Assembly (NCBI RefSeq): GCF_009914755.1
Contig: NC_060937.1
Length of the DNA stretch: 64,000 nt
Strand: one strand, 5' to 3'
Origin: the human T2T-CHM13v2.0 reference genome, Homo sapiens
The position numbers were made by a program, and so were the translations under genes. Below are positions 30,263 to 42,689 of the stretch, one piece after another. Position 1 is the first letter of the stretch, and every line of letters begins with the position of its first letter. Below the pieces are notes generated by a model, which was given only the letters and a program-made list of their open reading frames with translations, was not told where the DNA came from and did not search any database.

Positions 30263-33200
30263 TTTTTTTAAATCACTGTGTCTTCCTCAACTAACCAATT
30301 TGTAACCTATTCATAACCAATCCATTTATAAGATATTGCTTGTCACTGATTTCCCCTATTTTGAATAATAATGAGAGAAAAAATTTACTTTTTATTTAGG
30401 GATATATAGTAATTTTTACTGTCACTTTCTTGCAAAGGATGTAATACCATAAGCACTCTTGAATATATTTGGAAGTATTTTTCCTGAGAGGTAGCAATTA
30501 ATTCAGGGAACGAAATATTAGAAGATTGGTTTTACCAGTTCTCTATGCTATGAAAGCACACATTACGAATTAAAACATGGTATTCATTAACACAAGTTTG
30601 AACTAGGTAAGTATGTTCATTTCTCTTTCCACATTTTCAGAATTATGCCTCCGATTCTTTTGGCATACCAGCGTGTTTCAAAGGCAAATGTCGTCTTTAT
30701 CACGACCACCCTGCCTACACAGATTGTGGGTTTCCTAGGCCACACGTACCAGGAAAGTCATTTAAATGGCACATTGTAGTATCTAGGAAGAAATGTTCCT
30801 TTCCCTTTGGTTGAATTGACTGTTAAGCGGGGGGAAAATACCCAGAAATCTCAAGGACTGAATTTCTTCATAAAACTAAACATGTCTCCATTTATTCTTA
30901 GGCATGGTGACTCTAATACTTTCATTTTCCCCTTCTGTATTATTTAGAAAGAGTAATTCAATTTCCCCAATACTTCAGAATCCTGATGGAGTGTCAGATC
31001 TTCAATAACTTAACTTGTTCTGTCATTTTATTAAATTAGGGAAAAAAATAACCATTTGCTACTTTTGATTGCATTTTAGAATCTATAAGAAAGTGCTAAG
31101 TTTCTCTGTGGCTCCTGCGTGTCCTCAGTTAATATCAAATTGTCCCCAGCTTGAATCATTTCCCATGATTCAGAAAATCATTTTTCTTCTGCCCCTAAGG
31201 ATACAAATTGGAAATAAAGTGATAAAACTTGGAAGAAATGCAATAAAACATCCCTAGGAAGCTTGAGAATCTTAGATGAAGCAGTTGGTGAGTTTAAGAT
31301 CTTGCCCAGATGTGCTGAAAATATCCTTTCCACACAGTAAAAATATTCACTGCCTTCTTAAATTCAGTGACGTTTTTCTTTTTCTTTCTTTCTTTTTTTT
31401 TCTTTTTCTTTTCCTTTTTTTTTTTTTTTTTTTGACAGAAAGGCAGCTGCTGTTCTTGCTGGCAGATGATAGCACTGGTTCCAAGGAAATCAGAATGCTT
31501 GCTGCCTTTGAGGCTGATGCAATGGGGAGGTCTAGCAACTTCTTTATACCCTGGCTTAAAAGGACTTTCTCCCAACACATTCCTATCCCTAAAGAACATC
31601 CCTGCTTTCCTTTCCAGGGCATTTCTTTCTCTCCAAGCCAGCCAGACGGTTCTCTGCCAGGGCCCATAGCCCTGCACTGACATTAACCAGAGCTGAGTCC
31701 GCCCTGCAGTCCTGCTCCTCTCTCACATTCAGTACTCGTTTTTACAGGAAAGAAAAGCTCATGTGTGCTAAGTCAAGCATTTTTAAAAAGAAAAAGGAGT
31801 TTGAAAGATTCATTTCACAAATGCTATTTCGTTTGCACTTGTTCCACCCGCCCCCCGCCCACAATTCTTAAGGGCAGGTGCACCAGAAACCATGATGTTT
31901 ATGGCATTCTCTCTCATCCAGTAACTCCCAAACCAAACTGAAAAGATGCCAGACAGTCTTCCCTGTATACCATGGTTTCTTTCAGGGTTTTTGATACTGA
32001 ATGAGAAAATGATGATGTGTGGGTTAGAGTCAGACTGAAACTGGGCCATCGGCTCCTTGTCTGAGGAAATGTCGTGTCCTGGCGGAGGGAGCGTGGAACC
32101 GCTTTCTGGCCTGAGCTGGGCTCTTGGGACAGAATTGGCAAATGGCTTCACTTCTCTGGGTCTCAGATTTTCCCTCATGAAGTAGGAGGAATGGGGAGCA
32201 CTAGATGGAAGCAGGCAGATAACTTCTGGAGCTGAGGCTGGCGTCCGCCTAGGGCCCCGGGCCCCACCCGCACGGGTAAGCTGAGCCTCTGAGGGGGTCT
32301 GCGATGGGACTCACATGAGCCACACAACACCCCCGTTCTCCTGCCGATATCCGCCCACACTCTGGGAGCTCCTGGGGGCAGGAACAGCCTTATATCTCCC
32401 CCCACCCCCAACAGCACCAGGCACATCTCTGTTGTCTATAAGGTGTCGATCTAACATATCCACAGCCTAGCCCCTGTTGTAGGAGTAAGGATATCAGGGG
32501 TAGGATACCTACCACACTGTGTCCTAGCAGCCTGGTTGCTCATCTGTCTTTCCAATTACTCTCATCTCCAGAAGCTAGCATGGTGCCTAGCTCTGGGTGC
32601 CATTCAGTAAGTTCCACAAAGACCAAGAATGAGCTCCTATACTTAGGAAGTTTCTGCTGCGTACCAGCCACCATCTCACCATTTCATTTAATGCAACAAT
32701 CCTAGGACATCAACTCTATGATTGTTCCCACTTTCCAGATGAGAAGCCCGGTGCTTAAGAGGTTCACATTGTGCCTAAGATGCACAGCTTTTGAGCAGAG
32801 CCAGGATGCAAATCAGGCCCATCAGCCTCTAGAATGTGCACCTTCACCCCCACAGTGAGGGAATGAAGCTGCCTTGTTCCATTAAGGTGATGGAGGGAGG
32901 ATGGAGGAGCAGAGAGACCGCAAGAAGCCAGGGGCCTGACAGGCACCTATGCCCTGGAAGCCTGATTCACCTCTGGACTTTCAAGTTACACAAGCAGGTA
33001 AATGTCTTTATCCTTTAAGCCATTTTTGACTGACTTTTGACTGTTTGCAACAAAAGCACCAGCAAGCTGGATATGAGATTCCTCATCCACCACTACCTCC
33101 TCTGCTTACAGATTATTTATAAATGTGCTTCTTTTCTGGAGAAAAATATTCTTTAATGAAATTTTCATTGATATTTATCTTACACTACTCGGAAATCAAA

Positions 33201-34810
33201 CCATATCAGTAGATTACTTTAATCATCAGTAGATGATTAAAAAGGCACTCACATGCCTTTTTGTTTTTGTGATTTTTTTTCATCTTTTAACTTCTGTGTT
33301 TATTTCATGCTCCTAAGAGTTTATGAAAGTCTCCCACTCTACATCAACACAGAGGTAACATTTATTTCTCAGTGGTGCATTCCAAGAATAGTCTGTGTTT
33401 GCAAAGCCCTCTTACGCTCATTTCTGAGCTCATTTATTTATTTAAGAGCTGCACAATCCCAGCCTTGTCCTGTAGTGGAAAGAGATTCTACCACGTTCAG
33501 ATAGCAATGACTGGTTTAGAAATGATTTGTCTTAGTCCAAGCCAAAGTCTCTTCTGCATCCTTGATTATGTCTAAATGATGCTCTTATCCTTAAACAGAA
33601 CCCACTTTCTTAGTCCACCAGGAAGCACTTGATTTATTTACCAGCTCCAGGGAAGGGAGGAAGCAGCCGTCCAAAGGGTAATCACACAGCCAGGTGAGCT
33701 GCCACTGAGCTGTGGCCCGGGAGAAAATGGTTTTAAGTGCTGAACGGGTTTGGTGTCGTGCCAGCCTGCTTGCTAAGGAACTCGCTCAGTCCTGCCTGGG
33801 AAATTAGATGGGCAGGCAAGTAAGTATTCAGAACGCTTCCAAAGGGGGACACAGGCAGCTGTCATTGTCCTGGCCACGGGAGACAGTCACAAGGGGACAG
33901 TGCTCACAGCACATGTGACCTGGAGAAGAGAGACCCAGGAGAGTGCAGTTGTTCACAGCAATCCAGCCCTCAAGGGTAGAGAGCCTGAGGCTCCTCCTGG
34001 ATCCATAAAGAACTGGTTTCCCTAATGAGTGGCTTGGATGATTCATTTAAGGGACAAGTACAGCCAGTGAACAAGATGGAAGCACCAGATGTCTTAAGGC
34101 AGACAGATATCTTGATTGAGTCTCCATAGGACAGATGACCACCCTGGCCCATCAGGTCCTGAGATGCCACACCCCAGCTATGTGGATTAAGGGGGCACTT
34201 TCCCTGAGAGTTGGCCAGAGCTCTAAAAAGAATTCCAGGTACAGATGCAAGATTACAAATTAATAGGACAGCTCTTAAAACTTCATTCATTCACTGAAGC
34301 CTGCTATGCACCAGACAACATGTTGGGTTCCAGGGACGCAATGAGAGAGAGAGAGTTGGGCAAGTTGGGGAGAGTGTGTGTGTTGCAAGCCTAATGACAA
34401 TTTAAGTATGCTAACCTAGCTCCTTATTCAAAGGCATGTTATAATTCCTCTCCTAAAATGAAAATGTTCTGATTTAAAGCTATCCCTCTATTTAATACTT
34501 AAACACTGGAGGGTTCAAGAAATAGGCTGACCTGAGGGTTTAGGAAGCCTCAGAGTAGCTGGATTCAGCTTTTGAGACTCCCTGAATGGGATTCTACAGA
34601 TGCAGGACCAGGGCCCACACCATCCCCTGAGTGACAGGGCAGCCACAAGCATCCTCCACTTCCCTAGCTCCAACACCACTTCCTGACTTGCTCCATGTGA
34701 ATCTCTACCACTCACTGTGACATGTCCTGCAAAGTCCATTTGCGGCCACAGGGTCCACCCACTTCTCTGTGGATGAAAGAGGGTGGGGATTCCTGGAGGA
34801 ATTAGGGTAT

Positions 34811-35253
34811 CAGGCCTCTCCAGAGCTGCAGCTTGCAAACAAGAAGCAAAATAGACGAGAGATCAGGTAGCAGAGGGAGTGAAGGAAGTGACATGAATGG
34901 CTGGAATCATTCCTAGTCTCCACTCCAAAGATCTGCATTCTCTGGTGGGTCCAAGAGTCTGTATTTTTAACTCCTGGGTGATTCTGATGCAGCAAGTCTT
35001 GGGATCCTCAGGCCTGAATGTCCCACAAGCCAGAAAATTAGCCCCTGAATCCCAGTTGCTTTTACATAAAGTAAGAAAGTATGTGGATGGCCACTGGGAC
35101 AGAAAGGTAGAAAGAGTTTCTGTGGGGCCCCAGGATCACTGAGTTCTAGTCCTGGCTCTACCCATACTGATAATATCGACCCAGTTGTCAACACCTCTGA
35201 CTTCAGTTTTCTTACCTTTGAAGTAAGAAAATTGGGTAAAATAATCTCTAATC
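34811..35253 (+). repeat. Copy A of ~440-bp local direct duplication
   Basis: Colinear with 38860-39288. By-hand comparison of the first 120 nt gives 101/120 identical. Confidence 0.93.
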
Positions 35254-38200
35254 AAACTGAGAAAAAAGACACTAATTAGTTACACAAAAACCTATGAAAG
35301 TGTAAAACTCATGGATAAAATTAAGCACAGAGCATGGTGGCATGTACCTGTAGTCCTACCTATTCAGGAGGCTAAGGATTGCTTCAAGCCAGGGGGTCAA
35401 GACCAGACTGGATAATGTAGTGAGACACCATCTCTAAGGAAGAAAGAAAAGAAAAGAAAAGAGAAAGGAAAGGAAAAGAAAAAGAAAAAGAAGCACACAG
35501 TCACATTCAGAATACCTTAGTACTGTAATGGTAGTATATAAATCATTTATATCTTTAGCATCAAGGTTAAAAGACAAAACTATTAAAAATAAAATAGCTG
35601 CAATAATTTGTTAAGGGATACACAATATAAAAAGATGCAAATTGTGACATTAAAAACACAAAATGTAAAGGAGTTGGAGTAAAAGTGTAGAATTATTTTA
35701 TGCAATCAAAGTAAAGTTGTTATCAGCTTAAAATAGCCTGTAATAACTATGAAATGTTTTATGTAAATCTTATGGTAACTACAAAGCAAAAAATCTATAG
35801 TAGATACACAAAATATAAAGTGTAAGGTATCAAAGCATACTACTAGAAAAAAAAATCATCTAATCACAAAAGAAGACAGCAAGAGAGGAAGAAAGGAACA
35901 AAAGATCTACAAAACAATTAGAAAAAATGGCAAATTATCTGTAGTAAGTCATTACCTATCAATAATTATCTTGAATGTAAATTGATTAAATTCTCTAATA
36001 AAAAGATATAGAGTGGCCAAATGGATTTTTAAAAAAGACCCAACTATGTGCTTCCCATAAAAGACTCATTTAACCTTTAAGGACATACATAGATTGAATA
36101 TTAAAAAATGGAAAAATGTATTCCATCCACATGGAAACCAAAAGAGAGCAAGGGTAGCTATATTTGTATCAGATAAAATAGACTTGAAGTCAAAAGCTGT
36201 AAAACAAGACCAAAAAAGTCATTATATAATGATAAAGGAATCAGTTCAACAAGAAGATATAACAATTATAAATATATATGCATCAAATATCAGAGCACCT
36301 AAATATATCAAGCAAATGTTAAGAGATCTGAAGAGGGAGACAGCAATATATAGTAGGTGATTTAATATCCCACTTTCAACAATGGACAGATCATCTGGAC
36401 AGAAAAGCAATAAGAAAACATTGGACTTGAACTACACTTTAGACTAAATGGACTTAACAGACATATACAGACCACTGTATCCAACAGAAGAAGAATACAT
36501 ATTCCTCTCCAGAGCACATGGAGCATTCTGCAGAATAGATAATAGTTAGGCCACAAAACAAGCCTCAACAAATTTAAGAAGAATAAAATCATATCAAATA
36601 TTTTGTTTCAGCCACAATAGTATTAACCTAGAAATCAATAATAGGAGGAATTTTAGAAAATTTGCAAATATGTGGAAATTAAACAACATGGTCCTAAACA
36701 ACCAATGGGTCAAATAAGAAATTAAAATAGAAATTTAAAAGTATCTTGGGACAAACAAAAATGTAAACTCAACATGCCAAAACACATGGGATGCAGCAAA
36801 GGTGGTTGTAAAAGGAAAGTTTATGGCAATAAATGCCTATATCAAAAGAGACTAAAAGTCCTAAATAAACAAGCTAATGTTATACCTCAAGGACCAAAAA
36901 AAAAAAAACAAAAAAAAAAAACAAAAAAAAGAAAAGAAAAACTAAGCCTTGAGTTAGTAGAAGGAAGGAAATAAAGATAACAGCAGAAATAAATGAAATA
37001 GAGACTAGAAAAACAGTAGAAAAGATCAATGGAAGTAAGAGTTGTTTTTTGACAAGGTAAAAATATTGACAAAACTTTAGCTAGACTAAAAAAGAAAGAG
37101 AGTAGTCTCAAAATAAAAATAAAAGAGGAGACATTATATGTGATACCACAGAAATACAAAGGACCATAAGAGACTATTATGAACAATTACATGCCAACAA
37201 ATTGCATAATCTGGAAGAAATTAATAAATTCCTAGACACATCCAATATACCAAGACTAAACCACGAAGAAATAGAAAATATGAACAGACCAATAATGAAC
37301 AAGAAGATTGAATCAAATATAAGCAGTCTCCCAAAAAATAAAAGCCCAGAACCTGATGGCTTCACTGCTGAATTCTACCAAACATTTAAAGAGGAACTAA
37401 TACCAATCTGTTTCAAACTCTTCCAAAGAAATTGAAGAGGAGAGAAAACTGACAAACTTATTTTACAAGGCCAGCATTACCCTGATACCAAAGCCAGACA
37501 AGGACACGACAAGAAAAGAAAATTACAGGCCAGTATCCCTGATGAATATAGATGCAAAAATCCTCAACAAAATACTGGTAAACTGAATTCAATAGCACAT
37601 TAAAAGAATTGTTCACCATTAGTAACATAGTACTGGAAGTCCTAGCCAGAGCAATTAGGCAAGAGAAAGAAACAAAAGGTACCCAAATCAGAAATTAAGA
37701 TATTAAATAGTCTCTGTTTGTAGGCAACATTGTTTTATATTTAGAAAGCCCTAAATACTCTATCAAAAAACGGTTCAAAGTAATAAACAGACCCCACAGA
37801 AATACAAAAAAATCCTCAGGGATTATTATGAATACCTCTGTGCACACAAACTAGAAAACCTAGAAGAAATGGATACATTCCTGGAAACAAGCAGTCTCCC
37901 AAGATTGAACCAGGAAGAAATTGAAATTCTAAAGAGACCAATAATGAGTTCTGAAATTGAATTCAGCAATAAAAAGCATACCAACCAAAAAAAGCACCGG
38001 ACCAGATGGATTCACAGCTGAATTCTACCAGATGTACAAAGAAAAGCTAGTACCAATCCTACTGAAATGATTCCAAAAAATCAAGGAGGAGGGAGTCCTC
38101 CTCAACTCATTCTATGAAGCCAACATCATTCTGATACCAAAGCCTGGTAGGGACACAACAGAGAAAGAAAACTTCAGACCAATATCTCTGATGAATATAG

Positions 38201-38620
38201 ATGCAGAAATTCTCAACAAAATACTAGCAAACTGAATCCAGCAGTGAATCAAAAAGTTAATTCACTATGATAAAGTAAGCTTTATTCCTGGGTTGCCAGT
38301 TTGGTTTAACATATGCAAATCAATAAATGTGATTCACCACATACACAAAATTAACCATAAAACCCAAATTATTATCTCAATAGTTGCTGAAAAGGCTTTT
38401 GATAAAATTCAACATCGCTTTATGTTAGAAGCCCTCAACAAAGTAGGCATGAAAGGAACATACCTCAAAATAATAACAGCCTCAAAATAATAAGTTGCTG
38501 GCTGTGACAAACCCACAGCCAACATCATACTGAATGGGCAAAAGCTGGAAGCATTCATCTTGAGAACTGGAACAAGACAAAGATGGCCACTCTTACCACT
38601 CCTGTTCACCATAGTACTGG
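35254..38620 (+). mobile_element. Composite L1 (inter-ORF, EN and RT fragments, rearranged) with degenerate Alu monomer at ~35330-35492
   Basis: ORFs 36094-36360, 37202-37435 and 38293-38490 are L1 ORF2-like. Confidence 0.92.
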
Positions 38621-38859
38621 GGCAGATACCCTGGAGCTGTGGCCAATTCTGCTCTTTCTGTGGTGGTATCTGCTTTTCTGTGGCCTTAAAATGATTGTTC
38701 TTTTAAGTTTGTATCTTATCTGGTGGAAATAAGAAAAAAATCTAGCTTGCATAAATCTAGTATTGTTTACTTCTAATTCTGCGTGGGGGCCTGGATATAT
38801 TCATAAGCAAAAATTTGTAGATAATCACCAACTTAGGAGTTGACAAGGCCCCGGGTGCC

Positions 38860-39288
38860 CAGGCCTCTCTGGAGCTGCAGCTCGCAAACACTAAACAAAA
38901 CAGACCAGAGATCAGGTAGCAGAAGGAGTGAGAAAAGACACATGATTGGTTGGAATCATTCCTAGTCTCCCCCTCAAAGATCTAGAGTCTCTGGTGGGCC
39001 CAGAAGTCTATATTTTTAACTCCCGGGTGGTTCTGATGCAGCAAGGCTTGGGAGCCTGTGGCCTGAATGACCCACAAGCCTGCATCCCAGTTGGGTTTAC
39101 ATAAAGTAAGAAAGTCTGTGGATGGCCTCTGGGACAGAAAGGTGGAAAGAACCCCTGTGGGAACCCAAGATCACTATGTTCCACTCCTGGCTCTGCCCAT
39201 ACTGACAATACTGACGCAGTTGTTAACTCCTGTGACCTCAGTTTTCTTACCTTTGAAGTAAGAGAACTGGGCAAAATAATCTCTAATC
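38860..39288 (+). repeat. Copy B of ~440-bp local direct duplication
   Basis: Colinear with 34811-35253 and lacks one 14-nt segment. Confidence 0.93.
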
Positions 39289-40139
39289 CTTTCCGTTATG
39301 AATTTCTCTGACTTTTGAGAGTTGAATTCCTTATTGCAGGGTAAGCATATTTATAAAGGAATTGGGATCAGTCCCCAGAGAGGAGTTGTGATATTTTTAG
39401 CATTGCCTCCTGATTCTGTTAAGGAATTGGCACCCAGCTCTCTCATCTTCCTTCCCTCCATTAGGTCAGTGATCTGTGACCCAGGGGCTGATCTCTCCTT
39501 CCCCAATTCTAAGAAATCTCTCTTCTTACTCTCTGCTCTTCCTGCCACTGGAAGCCTCAGAATCACCGTTTTCAAATCTGGCTGTATAATACAGTCTCCA
39601 GGGAGCTTTTATACATACTAATACCCCAGACAATTGAATCAAAATCTTGGGGGCAAGCCTTCAGCATCTGCATTTTTAAAGCTTGCTGCTTGCTGGTGAT
39701 GCCCAAGAAGGTTCAAGCCACTGAGCTAGGATATCCCAGAGCTGGTCTGAATTCAGCACGGGTGACTGAGTCTCTAGATGCCTCTTTCCCCAAGTAAAGG
39801 CAGTGAGAGTGTAGGGTTAGATTTGCTGCATCACCAGGTCTTCTCTGCTTAGTCCTACATGCCAGCATTTTAGATACACCAGATCAATACTTTCAGGAGC
39901 AAGCATCACATATATGTAGAAGTAAAATGAAAAAGCCAGGACAAGTGGCACCACCACATACGCCTTGTTGACCTAGGTCAAGTCTCTTAAGATTCCATTT
40001 TCTCATTTGCAACATGAAGCTGGCATTTCCCTTTGACCTTACAGGGTTGTTAGGTGGATCAAATAGGATAATGTTTGTGAATTTGCTCTATAAACTTTAA
40101 ATACAATGAGCTTAAACACCTTGTATGTAGACGTTCACA

Positions 40140-41600
40140 AATTCAACAAATATGATGTCTATCATACCCAAACTAATGTATAGGTTCAAGCAAAACTAAT
40201 ACCAATCAGAATCCCAGCAAGCTTTTTTTTGTAGAAAGTGACAAGTTGATTCTAAAATTTGCATGAAAATGTGAAGACCCTTAAATAGTAAAAACAGTTC
40301 TGAAAAAGCTGCGCAAACTTGAAAAACTCACATTACCTGATTATGAAGCAACAGTGCTCAAGATAGTGTAGTATCAGTGTAAATATAGGTATATAGTTCA
40401 ATGAAATAGAATAGTGAATCCCAAAATAGACTCACGTATATATGATCATTTGATCTTTGACAAGGTTGTCAAGGCAATTTAATCCAGAAAGGACAGTCTT
40501 TTCAGAAATGGAACATAAACATAAATGAAAGAACTCCAGTAGTTTTATACATAAACTACTAGAAGAAAACATAGGAGAAAAATCCTAGTGACCTTGGCCT
40601 AAGCAATTATTTATTAAATAAGACACAAAAAGCAAGAATTGATAAATTAGAGTTCAACAAAATTTAAAACTTCTGTTCTTCCAAAAACAGTGCTAAAAAA
40701 ATTAAAAAGCAAGACATAGGCTGGCAGAAATTATTTCCAAAACATGTATCTGACAAAGGACTTGTATCCACAATATATGAAGAATACACACAACTAAATA
40801 AAAAGAAGACAAAAGCTCCAACTTAAAAAAATGGGCAAAATATTTAAACATATACTTTACTAACAAAGATATATGTATAACAAATGAATACATGAAAAGA
40901 TGCTCGCCATCATTAATGTTAGATACTGCTGCACACCTACTAGAATAGCTAAGATTAAAGATACTGTAGCAAGGATATGAAATGACTGGAACTCCCATGC
41001 ATTGATGATCAGAATGAAAAGTGTTATGATAACTTGGTAGGGCAGTTTGGCCACTTTCCTAAAGTTCAGCATACACGTACCATATGATCCAGAAATTCCA
41101 CTCTTACCGTATGTCCACTATGACTCACTTGAAAACTTCCTTATTAGCTCTCTTCATAACAGCCAAAAAGTAGAAATAACTTAAATGTTAATCAACTGGT
41201 GAACCTATAAACATAGTATGGTATATCCATACAATGGAATATTCAAAGAAAACTCAAAGAGAAAGTAATGGGCTAGCAATATGTACATCAGCGTGAATGT
41301 ACTGCCAAAACAATATACTAAAGGAAAGAAGTCAGACACAAAGACTGCATACTATTTGATTTCATTTATATGAAATTCTGCAAAAGGCAAAACTACACTA
41401 ACAGAAAGCAGATCAGAAGTTGTCAAGGGCCAGGGGGTGGGAGGAGGGGACTGAATGCAGAGGAAACTGGGGGAAATCTTTGGAGTGATGAAAATATTCT
41501 GTCATGACTGTAGTGATAGCACAGAACTATATGCATTTGTCAAAACCCACTGAATTGTTTAATCAAGATTGGTGAATTATGTATATAAATTATTAAAATT
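40140..41600 (+). mobile_element. Old L1M (MC/ME-like) 3' ORF2 and 3'UTR
   Basis: Diverged L1 3' motifs (gacaagttgattctaaaattt, aaggaaagaagtcagacacaaaag). Confidence 0.8.
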
Positions 41601-42689
41601 CAAGAAAAATGACAAAAGTTATTGAAGGTTTTTTTGTGCCAGGCACTGGGCTGGGAATATCAAGAGAAATCGGACATGGCTCCTTCCCGTAAGAGCTTGC
41701 AAAAACAAAAAAGTGCAATAAAGCATTGCAAGTGTTGTGACAGAGATCTGTATACAGGATAGAGAAGTTGATTCTAACCAGGGGCAGCACAGCAGGCTAG
41801 GTGGTGTTTGTGCCAAGTCTTAAAAGATAGGTAGCTATTTGCCAATCAACAAAGGAGAGAAAAACGATTCTAGGCAGCAAGAGCAGAACAAAGCCTTGCA
41901 AGCTCGAAATAGCTTAATATATTCCAGGAAATGCAAATAGTTGGTTGAAGCATAAGGTTCCAGGAAGAGTGTGTCCAGAGATGAACATGTGGATGGTGGC
42001 AGAGTTTGAAGGATTGCATACCATGTACTAAGATGTTAAGGTGTTATCCTATAGATAAACTAAAAAATTAAGTGGTTTTATATATATTCAATTGGGGGTC
42101 TTATGAATATTACTCTGGAAGCAAAAAGGAAGGAAGATTAAAGAGTGGTGCTAGCTAGATTGAAAGCTGGGAGACGAGTTAGAAGACTATTGCAGTCATT
42201 CAGATAAGATAAATCATGATTTTGTTATTTGGAGTAGAATGATATAGAGGGGAGATTTTTGAGAGCTGTTAAAACAATAGATCCGGACAGAAGGGCTTGA
42301 GGGTGCTGCATGAGAATGTTGAAGAGTCTAAGATGGCTCCTTGGATTCTGGCATGGGTGACTGGGTGGCTGGAGGTGACATTTGTCAAGATCGAGAATGC
42401 AAAGGAAGAGCATATTTGGGAGGGAAACATGAGTTCAGTTGGAGGCATGTTGAGTTTTCTATGGTCCGTTCTAGTGGAATATTTAAAGGGAGATAAAATA
42501 CCCAATAATAAAATTCAGAAGAGAGATCTAGACTATATGTGTAGTTCAAAGTGATCCATGCATAGATAGCATCAAAGCCAAGGAATGCATGAGATTTCCC
42601 AAGGCAATCACACAGAGTAGCAAGGAGGGCATGTATTATGAAAGGGATAAGCAGAGAATGGGAAACCTTAAAAGAAGTTGAGAAATAAG

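Noticed and set aside
31276-31683. Overlapping 106-134-aa ORFs on both strands
   Set aside because: Their length is driven by the stop-free T/A tract (poly-F/poly-K).
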